From: Amoebophrya sp. A120
Taxonomy: Eukaryota; Protista; Dinoflagellata
Direction of reading: 5' to 3'
Length of the DNA: 64,000 bases
Assembly: GCA_905178155.1 (NCBI GenBank)
Contig: CAJINV010000012.1
Coordinates: 553,271 to 617,270, forward strand
Positions 42,849-55,400 of the stretch are shown here, piece after piece (positions within the stretch are counted from its first letter, which is position 1; each line of letters opens with the position of its first letter). The notes below the pieces were generated by a model that saw nothing but the letters and a program-made list of their open reading frames with translations, searched no databases and was not told where the DNA came from. A program made the translations under genes and the position numbers.

Positions 42849-45841
42849 TCAAATCGGTTCCAGTAAAAACAAACCGTTGCTCAGGATGTACACCGGCGCA
42901 TTCGCACTCCCGGCGGAGATGTAGGGCGCGCGGGCGAATTATGGCGTTCTCAAATGTTACATTCTCAACTGTTGCATGGATTTGTAATGCAAGAACAGCA
43001 ACAGTGAAAGTGGCAACGTTGCAACTTTCGCATCACAGATTTTGCACAGAGTATCATGCTGTTTAGCCCTTCGAAAATTTGTCATGCTAAGCACCTTGAT
43101 CAAGTGGAGGGTAATGGCAATTTTGCATGACAAATTCATGTAACAGTATGAGAATGTAACGTTTGAGAACGCCATACGAATTTCAACAGTCGGAACCCAC
43201 ACTGCTTCATCAGCACCGCCCTTGCGAACCCCGCCGCCTGCTCCTCAAACGTTCGCATATGCGCCTGGCCGCGGTAGGAGACTTTCTCGAAACTCGGACT
43301 GAGGTGCGGTTTTGTCGTGTTCGGAGAAGAAGTGTTTGCTCCTCCACTTCTTCCGTTTTTTGGCGACGACGGTGAGGTACTACTCTTCACATGGTCTTCG
43401 ATCCACTGCTCGAAAGGAAACACCGCGGACAGGAGAAATTTGCAGTTGTGCTGCTTACATAGCGAGTGAATTTCCTTCAATAACGTGATCGGCTTCTCGC
43501 ACCGGTCCAGAACGTTGAAGCTGGTGATGAGACTGAACTTCTGTTGCGGGTCGTGAAGGGCTGGGCAATGTTCTTTTGATACGGAGGCGGTGAGGAAAAT
43601 TTGCACGGGACAAGAACTGTTGTTCGGTGAGTTATACCCTGGTGCTGACGTCGAGATGCTTGTGTTTTTTTGCAGGTTCTTCCGGTCACTCGTTGTCAAC
43701 ATCGGCCGCAGCGTACCCTGCTTCAGCAGTTGTGACCTAGTGAAAGAAGTGTTGTCTTGTCTCGATTTACTGGAAGAACAGGGAGAGGAGGTGGAAGTAG
43801 AGGCGGGAGATGTTGATATGCTGCTGTCATTTTTCTGTACTCCACTCCTGGCAGCCGCTCCACCGGTTCTACGAGGACCATCTGTCGTGGTCCCTTGTAG
43901 AAGTGCGGAAGAAGATGCTGCCGTCGCAGCGGTCGACACGGTACTGCAATTATCGTCGGAAATCTGACTGCCCGCGGTGGTGGTACGGTGCTTCAGCGTC
44001 GAAGTAGTACTAGAGTTGGGAGGACCAGCTGCAATATCATCACAAACGTCTGATGCCCCTGTCGCGAGCGGCGTGCTGGTTTTACTATTTTGCAATAGCG
44101 GCACCGATCGTAGTGTTCCCATTGCCGACGTTTTTGAAGAAGATGATGCCCCTACAACTACGTGGTTTGTCGCCGCCGCGGCAGCAGGAGACAGCGTCTC
44201 TTGCTGATTTGTTTCATCCTTTTCTGGGCGGGAAGAAGTGGCTTCAACATCCCCATGCTCCTGATCAACATCCCCAACTACCTCTTTTCTTGGAACTTTC
44301 AGCAGCAAATCCCGCCACTTCCGATTGCCCATCCGCTCCAAGCGTTTAACCATTTGCTTCGAGACTTCGGTGCAGGTGACCCGGGAAAACAAAGGCAACA
44401 GCTGCTCAGTGATGTACCCGCAACCAGAGCCAATATCTAGTAGGTGCCCGCCCGGTTCGAAGAAATACTTGAACTGCTCTGATTGTGATTGTACTGCCTG
44501 TTGGTGTTGGTTTTTGCGATCATCTTCGCTGAACAGGGCCGTGTGGTCCTTCCCCTTGTCCGGCGCACAAAAGTCGTCAAGATCATGGTCGTGGTGTTCT
44601 TCCTCGGGTCGTCGTGCTAGATTTATTTTGGACGCAGTAGTTTTTCGACGTGGAGTTGTAGTATTTGTTCCTCCCACTGCTGGCGTGGAATACACCCTCC
44701 CTCGCTCATTCAATACTGCGACCAGGTTCCGTTCCACCGGAGCGGAAATAGTGTCCGTCAGAAACGCTTTGAACTGTGCGGCGCTGCAGAGCCACATCTT
44801 GCCCGTCCCCAGCAAGCCGTTGACATCCGTGTTGCTCATGCACATGCGGAAAAAGGTGCGAATCACGTCGATGAAGCACCGCGTGACGCCGTAGAGTTTA
44901 TTGTATTGGTCCTGGCAGATTTTCACGAACTCCAGTGTGTCTTGGTCCTGACAGGCGAGGTGGATGAAATCGATCTCGTCAGACTGGCGATCTGCAATAG
45001 TATCTTGCTCCGGGTTTCGTGAAGAAGAGATGCCTCTAGCTGCCTCAGCAGTGCCTCCGTGTTCTGGCTCGCCAGACGCACTGCCTGTTCGGGGGCCGCT
45101 TGCCATGTCGTCGTTGTTGTCGAGTTGGTATTTGTACTGCTGATTTTCCAATTTCTGAAGCACGAGCGAGTCGCGGTTATTTTGTTGAAACAGATCCTCT
45201 TGCAGTTCTCTTCCACGACCGGAATGATCCCCATGATTTTTCATGTCCCGTGATCTCTGTAAAAGTGCCCCCTTGCCGTTCTGTCCCGCGGATGCCGCTG
45301 CACCAGTTTTATTTGCCGACGCAGACGACGTGAACGCCGCTGTTACTTGTGCCTTATAGTGGTCTTTATCCGGTACCAACTCTTCACATTGCAATAAGTC
45401 TTCAGGTGTAGGAGCCAGTGTACTAGCATCCCAGATAACTACCCCAGGTGCTCGCCCCGCCACCGCACCTTCAGCTCCCGGGTTGAATTTGGCAAGGGGA
45501 GAGGTCGTCGAACCTACACCGCCAGTTGTACTAGCGAGTTGACCGTTTTTCTTCCTATGAACCGCATAGTACTCCTCCACCGGCCCGAGGTACTCCAGGA
45601 AGCATTCCGGGCAATATTCATACTCGGCCTCGCTGTACCTCCTCCGGACGCAGTTTGGGCAGGCTCCCGGTTTTCCGGAGGACACGGTCGGAATGGTCAC
45701 GTTGCGGTGGAGTTTGTGCGAGAGCTTGCACGTTCTTGTGGGGGGAGTAGCGCCGGGCGGCGTGTGCGAAGCGCCGGGTTTGGAGGAAGACGTCATGGTC
45801 ACGGGGACTGGCGGCTGTTGCGGAAAAGCTTGTTTAGTCAT
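42849..45841 (-). CDS. METTL9: METTL9/DREV-family SAM-dependent methyltransferase with long low-complexity insertions (exons 45841-43177, 42934-42849)
   Basis: Motifs MSNTDVNGLLGTGKM, LLDIGSGCG, TCTEVSKQMVKRL and FNVLDRCEKPITLLKEIH. The family C-terminus (GFRLLKF|ARAPYISAG...YILSNGLFLLEPI*) appears only after removing 42940-43176 plus 5 bp. Confidence 0.88.
42940..43176. mobile_element. TIR introner, family F, in METTL9
   Basis: TATGGCGTTCTCAAA TIRs; perfect CGAAT duplication; removal restores the conserved C-terminus. Confidence 0.95.
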
Positions 45842-46137
45842 TTGTATATTTTTTCATTTAAAGTTTAAGTTTTTCATCCGTGCGTTAGCGTTGTATATTG
45901 TTTTTATGTTTTGTTGATTTGTTATCAAAAATTGCTACAGACCAAAACTGGATGCTGGTTGATATTCAGTCGATTTCTGAAGGGGTGTTGATGTTGTACC
46001 ACCTTCTTGTACTGTAAGGCGGTTCGGTGTTTTTGTTTACTGTGTTCTTCGTCCTTGTTGCTGATGCTGGACGAGCTACTTGCTGTTATCTGCTGGAACT
46101 AGTAGACGTTGTATTGCAATTTTCAAGAAGAGACACG

Positions 46138-46317
46138 TATATCTAAAAGTTTTCTTCTGTTTCTCGCTAGGTAGTGTGGAAAATTTTGAATGTCAAGGAA
46201 AACGTTGCAGATGCAAACAGCCTTGTCAAATTCATCGATCTAAAAATAAAACGAAATCTTAGCACCATTAGCGAGCTCGTGCAAACAGAAGAAAAGTTGT
46301 AGAATCCTATAGATATA
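46138..46317. mobile_element. Candidate degenerate TIR element
   Basis: TATATCTA...TAGATATA ends plus inverted blocks TTTTCTTCTGTTT/AAACAGAAGAAAA and CTCGCTA/TAGCGAG; no clear flanking duplication. Confidence 0.45.
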
Positions 46318-46507
46318 GATAGAAAATGGTGCGGATGGTGGAAAAAAGCGTTGATGTCAGTCAGTCGTACAACTTGCGGGAAAAATAAAAGAATGCCGTG
46401 CCCATCAAGAAAAAAATGTCGGTTTGCAGAACGAGCCGAAATACAACATCGTGCAAAAGGAGTCCGCGCTGCTTTCACAGCTCGCAAAACTGCACCCGAA
46501 CAACTCG

Positions 46508-46759
46508 TATCAAATGTAAAAGTGTCTGGGTCTGGAAGAGTCATGCTGTTTTTGCATGACACATAAGGCCTGGCATGGAAGCTCTAGCATCACAGGTCTC
46601 GAGAAGCTTCCGCAATGCCGAATCCGCATTACAAATCCCCCATTTTGGTGACAGAAAGTGGGCAGCTTTTGCTACCTATGCATGAGAGATTTTTCTGTGT
46701 TCTGAAATGCGCATCACAAGTTTGTATTCTTCCAGACCCAGACATTTTTGCATTTGATA
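46508..46759. mobile_element. TIR introner, family A; host gene unresolved
   Basis: Ends TATCAAATGTAAAAGTGTCTGGGTCTGGAAGA ... TCTTCCAGACCCAGACATTTTTGCATTTGATA; perfect ACTCG duplication. Confidence 0.92.
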
Positions 46760-46821
46760 ACTCGCGTACGCCGAATGGAAAAATCCACAACGTTTTCATC
46801 TGCGCGCACTGTCTTCCGCTA

Positions 46822-47141
46822 TATCAAAAAGAAAAATCCCCCCTCCCCATATCGAAAACGTATCCGTCTGAAAATTTGTGATGCGCATTTGTGACCTCAA
46901 ATCCTGCCTGTCTTGCAAGAGGGCAAGTCCAGAAAGCGTTCCGCATTTTTCAGGCGGTTTGTGATGCTGTTTGGCTCAGAGCATACACGTTTGTCATGCT
47001 AGGCGCCTACGTCAAACCTCTCGGCTGAGGCTTGCCACATGCGTGCACTCCTCTACTGCAAGACAAATCTGATTTGTGTATGGAAATCCAGCATCAGAAA
47101 CTTCGTTTCGATATGGGGAGGGGGCATTTTTCCTCATGATA
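46822..47141. mobile_element. TIR introner, family G; host gene unresolved
   Basis: Ends TATCAAAAAGAAAAATCCCCCTCCCCATATCGAAA ... TTTCGATATGGGGAGGGGGCATTTTTCCTCATGATA; perfect CGCTA duplication. Confidence 0.9.
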
Positions 47142-47851
47142 CGCTATGCGTCCACTACGAGGCGGATACTTATCCGGGAAAAAGAAAAGAATGCCGTGCC
47201 CATCAAGAAAAAAATGTCGGTTTGTAGTTTCCTTGAATGTGCCTGTGGGACAGAGGGAAAGAAGGTGAAAATGACATAGTAATCCAAGAGCACTTGTCTC
47301 CTGCCTGCTTTGGATCATTTCCGAAGAAAAACGACCCGTTTTATTTTTGTTTGCACAAGAGCGTCATCAACTTCATTTGGTTGGACCAAAAAATAAAGAG
47401 ACGTCCGGGAAGGGCCGGATTTTGAGATCTTCTCCAACAAGGATCGCATTTCTTCCTTGGAGCAGATCATCGTATGCAGAGACGATTGTATGGACCGGAG
47501 GATTCTGTGTGCGTAATCATTTTGTGCATGAGGATCAGATCCCGTTTTTTCGTTGCTGTAGAACAGCTGTCACAGCACCAATGCGACAAAACACTCTTCC
47601 CTTTCTCTGTCTGTCTCGGATTGCTTTCTTGACTTTCGTGGTCGAGTTTTGCTTTTGTGAGCACCAGGTCGAAGCAACCTTTCAGCTGCATCGCGCGAGT
47701 GCTACTCAAACAATCTTAATCTTTCGGAAGTGCGGTTTTTTGTTCTCATTGTCTTTAAGGGTTGGTACCGTCATGTTGTAGTGGGTTGTAGGTACTCATG
47801 GAAGGTCTTGATCAGGTTGAGAATTCAGACTCAAAGTGGTCTCTGACTTTT

Positions 47852-49564
47852 CTACGCAAAAACCACTCCAAGCTCCTTACACCACTTCTTCATCATTTCC
47901 TCTGAAGCCATCCGCCCACCGCACACCTCGACTACTACATCCCCGCCTTCTTGCAAGATGTCACTGAACGCCGTGATGTCGTGTATTTTCAATTTGCACT
48001 CGTCTGTGCTGTCAGTACTACTGGAACAGCGGATGATGTCTAAAGTCGTTCTTTCACGTCCTTCCTCATCTGTCTTCTTCAAACCAGCCAAGTCCTCCTC
48101 TTCCGTGTCGATCAGCGCTAACGCCGCTCCGCAGGCAGGCTCGACTAGTGGAATCGGACAAAGTTTCTTGCTTCTTGTTTCTCCACCTTCTTCTTCCATC
48201 ACAACCTGTGGCACTCTTTTCCGAAACAGCATCGCCGCCTTGACTGCCGCGTGATCGGTGACACGAAAAGAGTACACGTTGGACGAGTGATCTTTATCAC
48301 CAGCCACTTTCCGGTAGAGTTTTTCGCAATTCAAACTACCTAAAGACTTCGCAACCGAGGTGATTGCCTTGAGCGTCACCGGTTTTTTCTCCAAACAGGA
48401 CTGATAAAAGCAGTCCGCGCCGACCGTCTCGCCGATGAAAAGCTTTACACCTTTTTGTTTCTTGTGTTTCTCCAACCCGTGCAAAATCCCGGTCGCTAAG
48501 CCGCCCCCTCCGCACGCCGTGATGATCGCTTTCAAATTTTCTCCTTTTCCCGGGAGTTGCTCCAAGATTTCGTCGACTACGGAACTGTGGCCCTCGTACA
48601 GGTTGTCGCCCTCAAAGGGGTGGATGTACTTGAGCTTTTGCATATTTACTTGCTGGACGCGAATCGTGGTGCCACCAGCCCGCGTTTCATGCGCAGAAGA
48701 TTCCGTTTTGACGTTTTCAGATTCCCTTACTAACCGTAACGCCTCCTCATTCGCCTCGTTCCAGACGTTGCCGAATATTCTGATTTCCACGTCCGGATTA
48801 TGCATTGCAAAAGTATCGCACTACGTGCAAATAGCATGACAAATTGCCTAAAAATGAAAAATGCAATTTGTCATTCGGATTTAACTTCAGAATGTGATTT
48901 TTATTGCATGTTGCCTACGATGACTACGAGTACGATGGTTTTGCGCCGCATACGGGTTCACCTCGAGCAGTTTCGGCCTCGCGATGTCGATCGGCGTGGT
49001 CTTCGGTAGAATGATCGTGCAGCCCAAATTGTACTGGTAACACGCGTAGGCGCAGGCGAGCCCCGCGTTGCCGCCGGACGAACAGACGCAACCGGTGCAA
49101 CTTTCCTCATACTTCGCCTTCTGCACGGTCAGCCCGATCCCGCGGATCTTGAAAGACCCGGAAGGCTGTAGTGCGTCGAGCTTGTAGTAGATTTGCAAAA
49201 ATGCGGGTGGTGGGCTGGTGGCTTCGTTGTGGCGGCTGGAGGTGTCGTCGTGTCTCTTCAGAAAAATCTTGTGACCCAGCACAAGCGGGGTTTTCTTGTG
49301 GCAGCTGGACGACGGAAGTAGAGTTGCATCATGAGGACGCGTTCCCTTGATGTCCTCGCTGGTAGAAGAGGTAACCTTCTTCTTCTTTGTCAGTTCCTCG
49401 GTTGAAGCATCGATAGCCACCTGAGAGTCCACTAGTTCTGTAGCTTTTGCTTTGCCTTTGCTCGGACTCCGGCTGCGCTTCAGGGAAGGGCTTTGCCCAA
49501 CGACATCGGTGCTGGAAGCGGCGCCGTGGGAAACAGGCAAGGATGGAGAGGTCGGAGGAGACAT
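47852..49564 (-). CDS. SDS: L-serine/threonine dehydratase, PLP fold type II, SDS/CHA1-like (exons 49564-48953, 48793-47852)
   Basis: KLDALQPSGSFKIRGIG (PLP lysine), SSGGNAGLA, YIHPF, CGGGGL, EPACGAALA and VCGG. Halves join as EVNP|DVEIRIFG. Confidence 0.92.
48799..48952. mobile_element. TIR introner, family B, in the dehydratase gene
   Basis: Ends TATGCATTGCAAAAGTATCGCACT ... AGTACGATGGTTTTGCGCCGCATA; flanks CGGAT/CGGGT; frame restored. Confidence 0.92.
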
Positions 49565-50199
49565 TCTGTCGGGTTCTTAAGCGCAAATGAGAATGATCTT
49601 CCAGAGGTTTTTTCTCCGCTACGTAGAACGAAGCCACAAGCAAGGCTAATAAAGAAGCAAGGTCCGCCCGGACGGAATCTAACAGATAGAGTAAATCACT
49701 CAAAAACTGCGCGTTGGCGTTGGGTTTGGCTTGGTAAAATGTTGCGGGTAGATGATGTAGAAGACACGAAGGTCAATACTATTGGGCGTCATCCATTTGA
49801 TCCCGGTACTCATGCAGTTCTCTGGGAGGGCAGATGGGCTTAACAAATGCAGACTATTCAACTAGGACATCACTTCATCTTCAACGAGAGACAGCGAGTA
49901 TCTATGTTTTGTTGTAGTCTTCGCCCAAAAATAAAATTGCAGATCGAGATGGCAAACCACGTCGCAAATGGAAGCGACGCGGTAGAGATCTTCATCTCCA
50001 GCTTGAGAGCGCTGTCCCCGTGACAAAGAAAATTCTCCATACACTAAAAGAGACATCGACACAGCAGCAAAAAGATGCTACCCAGTGTCGCTTGCTTGGT
50101 GACGAAACGCAAACAACACATCGAGACGGAGCCACAACGGCAGCCCCCGACGCTGGCTGTCTCTTCTCATTTGGTGGTGCAACACGACGCAAATTCATG

Positions 50200-51420
50200 A
50201 GCCTGACGCGCGAAAACCATACGCGGCCACGATCGCTACAGGGCTTTGAGGGAGGCCGACGGACCGAGGCAACCCTTACGAGCGGCCGCCAGGATGGAGC
50301 GAGCCCGGCGCCGCGCGGCAAAGCAAGCTGCTCGGCAGGCAGGGCAGCTGCCCACCGGGGGGGGCGTCCGTGCGTTCGCAGGCACACTCGCACACAGAAA
50401 AAAACCCACGGCGCGCCACGCACGGGAAAAAAACACCGGGGGGCGCGACCCCCACGCACCCGGGGGGGGGCTGGTACGCGGGCAGAAGGCAAACAAAGCG
50501 CCACCACCTACCACGCGCCAGCCCGGTGGCCGGTCGTCGGGGCCGGCACGGATACGCGGCCCCGGGCATTCGCTTTGCTTTCATACGTTCGCCAACGGGC
50601 GCACGGGCCACGCCATTTGCGTCGCCATCATAGTCCGCCTGTTGACACACCTTCATGACCAGGCAACCACCGCGCGCCGCGCCACCCACCACCGGTCGAA
50701 GTTAGTGGTCGAAGTTGGCAGGCGCCGTGCCCTACTGGCCAGCCCCCTGCCCGCTTCGTTCCCCTCGCACGCGCCGGCCCCGAGCGCCGGGGGCGGGGGG
50801 GGCAGTGCGAGGCGGCGCAGCCCGCCCGGCGCAACTGATGGCGGGCGGGGTGTAAGTATCACACCCGCGAGGCAGGGCCCCGGCCCAATGAAAGAGCGAA
50901 GCGGGCGCGGCAAGAGGTGCGGGCCTTTGGCTTCTCCGGGCGTGTGTGCCAAAGGATGCGCTGCCCCGCCTACCTTGCGCGCTCGCGCGCGGTCTGCAGC
51001 TGTTCGAAGAACAGCGCCGGGCACTCCCCCGACGGGCCTGGTCACTAGCAGCCTGCGCGGGCCTTCGACAACAGCAGCGGGTGGCCCCTAATGGGTGCAC
51101 GTGATCCCCCGCCCACGCAGGAGAACAGGCCGAGGAGGGTCCGGCGCCCGAAGTGCAAGCGACGCGGCAGGCGCTCGGCATCACCGAAGGGCTTGCCTTC
51201 TAAGTTGAGAGGGCGCAATTGAGTGGGTCGCGTGTTCCGGTTTTCCGAGCGTACTCGAAGAGGGGCCCGCTCTTGTCTTCGAAGACAAGCGCCGCCGGAA
51301 TCTGCCGCGCTCCCATGCAACGGCGTCGCCGGCACCGGCAGGGCGCCGCTCCAAATTCCGACGAAACCGCCCACCGCACTCCTGCTGACCTGGGTGATAG
51401 AGAAACATGGTTGGGCGGCG
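50200..51420. other. Anomalous GC-rich block
   Basis: Long G/C homopolymers and no credible ORF. Confidence 0.6.
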
Positions 51421-51692
51421 CGATGAAATAAGCACACAGCCACGCCGCAGGACGACACCGCACCACAACAGGAGTATAGGACCACTGAACAGAGAATACC
51501 GTCCCCCACAGCAAGAACATCGGAGCCTTGCAGCAACATCCAGCCGTCGCTGTGGACAAACTTGGGCTTGGCAACTTCCTTTCACCGAATAGATCTTCAT
51601 CTAAACCACTGCATTTTGCTTCTTTCCATATCCATTCCACACTGCTTCATCTCTTCCTTAGTCACATACCAATAGTAGCCGCCTCAGCGGGG

Positions 51693-52386
51693 GTAGTGAG
51701 GTCATGGCGGTTTTTTTGTCTTCACGCTAAAAACAGAAGCGACTTCTCTGCCCACCGTGCCATCGTGAGTAATGTTATGCACGACGGCACGGCGGTCGCT
51801 AGAGATGTCGATGCAGAACTGGCCTCCATTTGGTTTCGAATCGAAAAACCTTCCCCGCATGCTATGGCCCCGCCAGGCCCCACCCCCGGGTCGGCCCCAT
51901 GGGCCCCCAAATCGAGCCCATAGCATGCGGGTTCGCTTTTTGCTTTTGGCTGACTTTGTTTTTTTTTGTTTTTTTTGTTAAAATGCCGCATCTCCTGGCC
52001 TTCGGTCCGCCTCTGAAATGGCGTATTTTGGTGGCGTCTTTTGGGCGGCCCGGATGTGGGCTAAAATGGGGCCCATACCATGCGGCTTCGCTGTTTTTTT
52101 CGGACTGCTGCTTTTTGAGCGCCCCTTTTTGGGCGGCCCAAACCGCCAGAAACTAAGGCGGTGGGCGCCTCAGACGGGCGCCCCTTTTGCCGGCTCCCCT
52201 GCGTCGTTTTACTAAGCGGGAATCGATAGAATCCGCTCGGGCTTGTTTGACGGCAAAGCCCCGGCCGCTTGATAATTGAAAATTTTTTATGCCCAAAATC
52301 ACTTCCGGCCACTTGAAAACTGCCGGCCGTTTTGCGCACTGCCTGTCAAAAAAACCGCTAGATTAGAACGTTCGTGACCTCACTAC
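51693..52386. mobile_element. Non-autonomous TIR element candidate (~690 bp)
   Basis: Outer inverted repeat GTAGTGAGGTCA(T/C)G and inner inverted repeat GCGGTTTTTTTG (51707-51718) / CAAAAAAACCGC (52347-52358). Internal diverged direct repeat GCCCATA.CATGCGG.TTCGCT at ~51915 and ~52071. Confidence 0.6.
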
Positions 52387-52428
52387 ATACAATGATGAAC
52401 ATCAAAATTTCACAGACCTCCATCCCAC

Positions 52429-55400
52429 CTAAAACTGCAACTCCAACGCTTGCACCTCCGCCGTTTTAGTGATCAGCCTTTTCACGGTACTGTTGAAGTA
52501 CTCCACGTCTGGACTATCGTGCTTCGTTGGCGCCCCGTCGAGGTTAAACATGTAGTAGAAAAATCCGTCCAAATCGTGCACGCCCGGCAACGCCTTGATC
52601 ACATCCTTCCCACTAGCTTTGTTGAAGAAGTTGACGAACAAGATTAATTGCTGCGGTTGTTCATCTTGTTCCTGATCGTAGTCTGCGGAGTTGGTTGTAG
52701 AAGCGTCAACATTTTTGCCAGACCCCGAAGCGGTGGACTTCAAAATCGGATTCAATTGTCCCCGGTTTGCGAGTTTCTTCGCCTTTGCAAGCTTCTTCGC
52801 TTTCTCCTCTTCTTCTTTCTCGGTGGTGCTGTTTGTGTTTGTCGTGTTGGTCGAAGACGCTGATGCATTCGTGTCGTTGATGACGTACGTTTCGGACGTT
52901 GTATTGTTCGTTGCAGCGACTACATGGGGACTGGACGAGTTGAGCGAGCGCGAAGCTGTTGTATCTTCAGAAAAATTTGTTATCCCGTTTTCAACAGCAT
53001 CTAACCCTTCCCCCATCTCAAACTCTTCATCCGGCCTCAACGGTCTCTCCGGCGCCACCCACTCCTCGTGATTCAAAAACAAAGCGGTGTCATTGATCGC
53101 TTCGAGTTGCGCCATTCTGTTGGTTTCAATAGAGTTGCCAACATTATTTTCATTCGTAGAACTACTGCTCTGCGTCTGCCCCCCACCTGCTCCGCCATTT
53201 GTCACTATCCCGACATCCTGCACGAAGAATTGCACGTCGATGAAGGGAGAGAGTTCGAAAATTTTCTTCTTCGCCTTGATGATCGGGCGTTTCCAGGCAG
53301 TCACGAACCGGTCCAGAGCGACTTTGACCGCGTGTTGGAAGATGAAGGCGTCCTTGTTCTGTCTTTTCAATTTCTGTATCAAAAGTAAAAATGTCTGGGT
53401 CTGGAAGAATGCAACTTGTCATGCTGTTTTTGGATTCTAAAAAAATTAGTGTTGCATGACCAGCAAGAAAGGTCCAGTCTGTGCTACGCGGAGAGGGCAT
53501 TTCTCATGCGGAAGGCGCATCAGGAAGCCCTCTAAAAGTCTGTGATGCTAGGTCATGCATTACAGGCATCAGGGTTCATGAGAAATATGCATGACAAGTC
53601 TGCATTCACTTCCAGACCCAGACATTTTTACAATCCATATTCTGCTTCAAGTCGTGGGGGTGGATGAAACCCGGATGGGTCAATGGGTCGTATCCATACG
53701 TGCCGTAAAAATCCCCGCCGCCCCCACCATTTCGCTCAAATAGATACGCGAACCGGAAAAGGAGGAGTTCTAGATAGTCGAAGTTTTCCCCGTCCAGGAT
53801 GATTTGGAACAGGTCCTCCACAGATTTCGCGTTCAAAACGTCCTGGACCATACTGTACGGGTTGTTCAAATATCCTCTGCAAAAGTATCGCACTATCCTA
53901 GTGATCGCAGTCACGCATTCCTTTCTCATGGTAAACCCGCATGACAAACTTCATTTCTCATGCTGAGGGAATTATTTGTTATGCGATTTCTACTAGTACG
54001 ATACTTTTCCTTTTGCGATGCATATGAAAACCTGCACAAACTTCTTCAGGTCCTGCCTTAACCCGAACTTCTTCCGCTGAAAAACCAGGTCCTTTGTGAG
54101 AGACTCGCAGCCAAATTTGTTGCTGCACCAGTCGATCAGGTTGTACAGTGTCTGGATCCCGCGTCGGTATTTGAAGAAGGAAACGCTGGATTTGGTTTGG
54201 TGGATAGCATATTGATGAAAAGACGAACGCTGGCCACCTCGTCTTGAAGAAGACGAACTACTTGAGGAACTCGCTATACCATCATGCGTATGCTCGATCT
54301 CGCTCCGGTCTTTCGACACCGTCGGCTGTTTCCTCTGCGATTTGAAAATTTTCAGTTCCCGGAAAAACTCCTTGTCTTGCTTCGTTGTAGCCAGAGCTGT
54401 TTTGCCAGGCATTGTCGAGAGAAGTCTCTCATGCTCCGCGTCTACGTCGTCTTTATCCGTGTCTTTTTCATCCATGAGCTGCTCCTCGGTTTTGGTGATG
54501 TCCAGCTCTATCGCCATGGCGTCGTGCTCAGGCTCTCCACTTGTTGTACCGTCACCACTGTTTGATGGTGAAAACTCCACGAGAATTTCCTCGGTCAACC
54601 ACCGATCAAGTATGGTTGTGTTCGTCGTTCTTGGGGGGATATGAACCTCGGAAATCGTCGGCTGGAGGTGGTGATGTTGGAGATGTGCGACTCCTGTAGT
54701 TCCTGTACCCACCTTTATTGCAGCAGCAGGAGTTGTGGATGACGAAGGCTCTGTGTTGCTTTTGATTTTGTCTTGCTGCGATTTCAAGTCAGTTGTTGAT
54801 GTGTCATCTGCAGTTGATCTGGAAAAAGTTTGACCTTGTTCCTTGATGTCCTCTGCAGCATCATCCTCAAAGTGCCACTCATGCACCCTCCAACCGAACA
54901 GGTCCCGGAAAAACAACACCACCGCAGTGGTAGAGGAGGGCGCGAGGTTGAAAATTTTCCGGAGCGAGGTGATCAAAACTTTTTCAAAGCCGTGCTGCAA
55001 CCACGACGGATTACGTCTGGCTTTGTGTCTCGATGATCTCGTGGTCCTGTCAGAGGTGGTTGTTGTTCCGCGACTTTTATATGGCGCTGCATCAAAGTAC
55101 ACCGTGCTCTGCAAACCCTGCAGCCCGGCGCGCGCTCCACCGGCACCTGGCACGGTGCTTTTTCTTTCAGAACTACTGTCTGTGGTAGGCAATGTACTTC
55201 TCAGAGGGGGCGTCGATGGGGCAGCTTCGGCATGCGCCGCCTGTTCATCATCATCTCCCCTGGTGCTGGTGTAATAGTTTTCTGCACGATTTTGATTTTC
55301 AACTCTCGCCCGACCAACACACGAAGCCTTCACCCCTCGGCTCCTACTGCCAACCTCCGGAAGATCTACTGAGTTCCCCACCGAATTCGAGATCTTCACG

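Larger units (their letters stand above)
37029..43212. repeat. Tandem array of a 1528-bp unit (starts 37029, 38557, 40085, 42283)
   Basis: Identical ORF translations at a 1528-bp offset. Unit 3 is interrupted by an insert; unit 4 runs into the METTL9 3' end. Confidence 0.95.
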
